Shown here: in pieces, positions 60,080 to 64,000 of the stretch
How positions within the stretch are numbered: the stretch's first letter is position 1
Layout of the letters: each line of letters starts with the position of its first letter
DNA from: Candidatus Cloacimonadales bacterium
GTDB taxonomy: Bacteria > Cloacimonadota > Cloacimonadia > Cloacimonadales > JAFGVF01
Reading direction: 5' to 3'
Assembly (NCBI GenBank): GCA_963667035.1
Contig: OY762964.1
Location: forward strand, 2,048,001 to 2,112,000
DNA length: 64,000 nucleotides
Program-made: the position numbers and the translations under genes
The notes under the pieces: model-generated
What the model was told of the DNA's origin: nothing
The model's database searches: none
What the model saw: the letters and a program-made list of their open reading frames with translations, nothing else

Positions 60080-63000
60080 CTAATAAGTAAATAGTTTCTG
60101 TAAGTCATCCATAGTTAACGCCTGGAACACGCTTTCTCCTTGTTCAATTATATAATCAAACAGTTCTTTTTTATTTTTTTGAAGGCTCAATATCTTCTCT
60201 TCAACAGTTCCTTTTGTTATAAGTTTATAGACCTGCACTTTCTTGGTTTGCCCAATCCTATGTGTTCTATCAATTGCTTGATTCTCAACCATAGGATTCC
60301 ACCAAGGATCAACAATGATAACAGTATCAGCTGATGTAAGATTTATTCCAAATCCTCCGGTCTTCAAACTGATAAGAAATACTCTTAAGTTATGATTATC
60401 GTTAAAATGGTCAATTCTTGCTTGTCGGTTCTTAGTTGCTCCGTCCATGTATTCATAAGGTACCTGCATTTGATTAAGCATGTTTTTAACTATTTTCAGC
60501 ATCTCAACAAACTGACTGAACACCAGTATCTTTCTTCCGCTATCCAATGCCTCTCTCAAAAGCTCTTTCAACATCTCGGTTTTTCCCGATAGTTCGTCAT
60601 CAGTTTTAAAGCTATCATCAATCAGAGCAGGATGATTGCATATTTGTCTCAATTTAGTTAATCCTGCTAATATATGAATGTAAGAAGACTTGGTTCTGTT
60701 TACGCTACCATCATCATTAAACACGGGCATAAGTGATTTCTTAATCTCTTCAAGTACTTGTAAATATACTTTTTCTTGTATAGGTAGCATCTTAGCTGGA
60801 ATAATCTGTTCTTGTTTATCAGGTAACTCAACAAGCACATCCTTTTTCTTTCTTCTCAGAATAAAAGGTGCGATTAGAGATGTAAGCTTTGCCGTATCTT
60901 CTTTAGTAGTATACATATTCTTAAATCTCTTTCTTGATGGCAGTAATCCCGGCATTAAGAAGTCAAAAATCGACCATAGTTCATCCAGATTATTCTCCAT
61001 TGGTGTTCCCGAGAGAGCTAATCTTCTTTCGGTAGTAAGTTTCTTTATCGCTTTAGTTCTATGAGACGCTACATTCTTAATATGCTGAGCTTCATCGAGA
61101 ATGACATATCTGAATTTCTTTTTCTTCAAATCTTCCAAGTCGTTAACAATTATCGAGAAAGAAGCTATCACGATACCGGATTGCATATTCTTAAGCAGAA
61201 TCTTTCTTTGATTCTTGTTACCTTCCAACACAATGAACGGTAAGGCAGGATTAAATTTGCTTATCTCCGCAGCCCAGTTATAAACTAATGTTTTCGGACA
61301 AACGACCATAGATAGTGAATCTGAAGACTGACTTGAAAGTAGCGATATTGCCTGAATGGTTTTTCCTAGACCCATTTCATCGGCAAGTATACCTCCCAAG
61401 TGAAAACGTTCCAACATTTTCATCCAATAAAATCCCGACTTCTGATAATTACGCATTATAGAATTCAATGAAGGCGGAATATCAACTTTCTTAGCTCTTC
61501 CACGTGTCATTATCTCATTGTACATAGTAGAAAGAAATTTGTCTCCAAAGACTTTTATTGCAGGATTTGATTCTGACAGAGTATGAAGATAAGGGAGGTT
61601 ATAAGTTGCCATTCCATAAATCTTATCCTTTTGTCCTTCGGATTTCTCTATGAGTTTTTCAACATCATCAAACGCTTTTCTATCCATAAAGTATAGTAGT
61701 CTTCCATCTTGCAGTTTCATGAACTTCTGCTTTGTTTTAAAGAATTTCTTTAGTTCTGCATGAGTAAAACTCATATCTTTATAGCGGTACTTCACTTCAT
61801 AATCAAACCAATCTATGTCTTCTTTACTCTTAGCTTGAATCTCTACATTCAACTGAACTTTGTAAACAAACTCTTTCTTAAGTTCAGGAGACACTTCAAT
61901 GTTCCAATTCTCTTCCGAGAGTTCAAAGATAGCTTTCTTAAGCAATTCAACTTGAACTTCACCTTCAAATTCGAGAGCCATATTCTCATTCAGCTTATAG
62001 ATCTGATGTAAAGGTAATGACATTAAGAAGGTGGTAACCTCATTAATTGTCTGAGGTGGAACATAGAACCAGCTCTCTTTACCGTCTTTTCCGTATTTAA
62101 TAAGATTTGCATCCATTCTAAGTAATGAGATAGGCAGTTTCCATTCGGGAGAGTACTCCAAATAACCATCCATATTCACTTTGTTATCTACTTTTCTCAA
62201 ATGGAAATTAACGGTCGGTCTATTATCATAGACTTCCGGCAAAGTAATATTTTCATCAAAATCCAAGTATGACTGCATCAAAGCAAGTTGCTTGGAAACA
62301 ACTGAATGATAATAGATTAAGTCATGCTTCTTTAGATGTAAGCCACCAGTAATAATCTCATTTATTATATCTTTCTGGAACGGTAAGAATTTTGTGTATA
62401 TGGCATTTCTAATGAATATATATGTTGTATTACCGATAAAGAAAGTTCCAATCTTTTCTTTGCTGTTGTGAGTCAGTATATAATTATCCTCATCAATCTT
62501 ACGAACTCTGAAGTTAAGTGATAGTGGCTCATCAGAGAAATGGATTCTATCTCCGGTCTCTTTGATAAAGACTTTATGCTGTAATAACTTTAAGGTTGGT
62601 AAGATGTTTATAAAGTCTTCTTTGTAAATCGTGTAAAATACACCTTTGTTGCTGTAAGAACATTTATGTGTCTGTATAAGTCTATGTAGAAGAACCTCTT
62701 CGTCAGGAAGCAACATAATGTGTTTCTTTGCTTTATCCAATTCTGTCGGAGATTCGTTAATCGGTTCTTTCCCTGCTATTAGAGTTGAAATCAACCTTAT
62801 ATTGAGAGGAGCATACTTGGTGAAATAGATTCTAATTTTGTCAGTTCTGGGATTGTATATATCACTAATCTCTATCTCACTTTGAAGTATCAGTTTCTCC
62901 CAATACTCATTAAAGTTCAAGACATTCTTCTGGTAAGTGATTCGTTCTGAACCGTCTATAATGTCAGTACTGAGATACTTATAAGCATAATCCAGAACGG

Positions 63001-63268
63001 TAAAATAGTGTTCACATGATTCTTGCGAAATGCATTCTTTGCAATTATGTTCAAGTATGACTTCCTCAATCGGATCATATATAATCTTCATATTAAGAGC
63101 AAGTCTTGGTTGTCTTTCTCGATCAGCATTAAAGTGGAAGATAATGTTTCCCTGTTCATCCTTATATTTCCAATAAAACAGGTCATCGGGAGTAGTCTCA
63201 AAAATAGCTTTTTTATAAGTCCATGTGTTGGAATACTGGTGATATTCCTTTCTAAACAGTCGGGCCAT
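60080..63268 (-). CDS. SNF2/SWI2-family helicase with an N-terminal SWIM-like Zn site
   Basis: LADEMGLGKT, DEAQ, LSGTPMEN, LRRKK, GGFGINL, DPWWNP, HRIGQ; C..C....C.H near the N-terminus; ATG 63268 with RBS GAGGA. Confidence 0.93.
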   Translation of the reverse strand: MARLFRKEYHQYSNTWTYKKAIFETTPDDLFYWKYKDEQGNIIFHFNADRERQPRLALNMKIIYDPIEEVILEHNCKECISQESCEHYFTVLDYAYKYLSTDIIDGSERITYQKNVLNFNEYWEKLILQSEIEISDIYNPRTDKIRIYFTKYAPLNIRLISTLIAGKEPINESPTELDKAKKHIMLLPDEEVLLHRLIQTHKCSYSNKGVFYTIYKEDFINILPTLKLLQHKVFIKETGDRIHFSDEPLSLNFRVRKIDEDNYILTHNSKEKIGTFFIGNTTYIFIRNAIYTKFLPFQKDIINEIITGGLHLKKHDLIYYHSVVSKQLALMQSYLDFDENITLPEVYDNRPTVNFHLRKVDNKVNMDGYLEYSPEWKLPISLLRMDANLIKYGKDGKESWFYVPPQTINEVTTFLMSLPLHQIYKLNENMALEFEGEVQVELLKKAIFELSEENWNIEVSPELKKEFVYKVQLNVEIQAKSKEDIDWFDYEVKYRYKDMSFTHAELKKFFKTKQKFMKLQDGRLLYFMDRKAFDDVEKLIEKSEGQKDKIYGMATYNLPYLHTLSESNPAIKVFGDKFLSTMYNEIMTRGRAKKVDIPPSLNSIMRNYQKSGFYWMKMLERFHLGGILADEMGLGKTIQAISLLSSQSSDSLSMVVCPKTLVYNWAAEISKFNPALPFIVLEGNKNQRKILLKNMQSGIVIASFSIIVNDLEDLKKKKFRYVILDEAQHIKNVASHRTKAIKKLTTERRLALSGTPMENNLDELWSIFDFLMPGLLPSRKRFKNMYTTKEDTAKLTSLIAPFILRRKKKDVLVELPDKQEQIIPAKMLPIQEKVYLQVLEEIKKSLMPVFNDDGSVNRTKSSYIHILAGLTKLRQICNHPALIDDSFKTDDELSGKTEMLKELLREALDSGRKILVFSQFVEMLKIVKNMLNQMQVPYEYMDGATKNRQARIDHFNDNHNLRVFLISLKTGGFGINLTSADTVIIVDPWWNPMVENQAIDRTHRIGQTKKVQVYKLITKGTVEEKILSLQKNKKELFDYIIEQGESVFQALTMDDLQKLFTY

Positions 63269-63517
63269 TAATTCCTCTTTTCTTTGGTTAGCTTGGGTTA
63301 GATATTGAAAGATAAGTATGTCTGAAACATCGAAATTATGGCAAGTAATTTCTTGAATTATTGGCATTTCTATTTTGAACCGACAATATTCAAGTAATGT
63401 CCCAATCTCTATGGTTTCGTTATGACACATAATATTACTTTCGTCATATTTTATGTTTCATCTATTTACTCACATCAATTTCTCCATTTTTGTTTCCCTT
63501 TTGCGCTCCTTTTAACT

Positions 63518-63637
63518 ACCGATTTTTCGGAAGATTTTCTCTCATTTTTCTCCCGTTTCTTTCCCGTTGCGAGCAACGGGAGACCAACGGGAGAGCAACG
63601 GGAGACTAACCCGAGAAAAACCTGTGGTTGGTGGACG
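63518..63637 (+). repeat. Dispersed ~120-bp repeat with an 11-bp-period CAACGGGAGA array
   Basis: GCAACGGGAGA/CCAACGGGAGA/GCAACGGGAGA/CTAACCCGAGA at 63573-63616; inverted copy at 30187-30309. Confidence 0.9.
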
Positions 63638-63663
63638 CCTATAAAGAGCCATTATGGTGGGGC

Positions 63664-63862
63664 TACAACGTCCTAAATAAAGTAGACACATATATAACTT
63701 AGAGAAATTAAAGGTTTACAGAAAATGAAACAGAAAACAGCATTATGTTATAGTGAAGTATTTAAATGTAAAGTAGTTAAAGAAATAGAGGATGGAGTCC
63801 TAACTATATCCGAGAGTGTAGCAAAACACTCCCGGATTACTATAGAAACAGCATGTGCTTAA
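63664..63862 (+). mobile_element. IS remnant (IS3-like OrfA N-terminal fragment plus presumed end)
   Basis: 63725-63862 encodes MKQKTALCYSEVFKCKVVKEIEDGVLTISES..., resembling the YS..FK..VV.E HTH start of transposases; preceded by a 27-mer duplicated at 30066. Confidence 0.6.
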
Positions 63863-64000
63863 AACAAATCCTATCTGACTACCTTTCCAATATCTCTCAA
63901 TGTTTTTGCTATGTAAGTTAACATGATTATATCTTGACTCTATGGTAAAGACTGCTATTTTGCCATAAATATCAATAAGATTTTTATATGGAGGATATAT

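Noticed and set aside
63269..63430. 54-aa N-terminal extension of the SNF2 helicase
   Set aside because: A good RBS precedes ATG 63268; the extension looks like promoter-region sequence

Overview
AT-rich bacterial chromosome segment, probably Candidatus Cloacimonadota or a related FCB-group anaerobe. This is inferred from secreted proteins ending in a 'YPNPFNP...IYNIKG...SGVYF...K.L.K' FlgD-Ig/T9SS-like C-terminal domain (CTD), together with LPS genes and PPDK. In order, the window holds: a GAF histidine kinase, TPR protein and outer-membrane protein operon; tRNA-Phe; an FAD oxidoreductase; EndoQ and HisJ PHP genes; a duplicated REP-like palindrome field with a 68-bp tandem array; an MFS transporter; a long kdsA-kdsC-lptC-lptA-lptB-rpoN-lpdA-lipA-hpf-hprK-ptsH-ptsI-pgi operon; ppdK; two flavodoxin-like genes; an HD-GYP/trmH/dusB/TPR operon; several secreted CTD proteins; a surface-polysaccharide cluster next to tRNA-Pro; GH38, GH20 and an SNF2 helicase; and an IS remnant. 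The top finding is at 54508-55524: two annotated ORFs form one reading frame broken only by an in-frame TGA in a C-x-x-(TGA) motif. The TGA is followed by a GC-rich SECIS-like hairpin, which makes this a candidate secreted selenoprotein with a CTD. The other two CTD genes each also contain one in-frame stop (TGA at 27468, TAG at 39719). A composite element made of 11-bp-period arrays plus an IS-end-like 27-mer occurs as inverted copies at about 30.1-30.3 kb and 63.5-63.7 kb.
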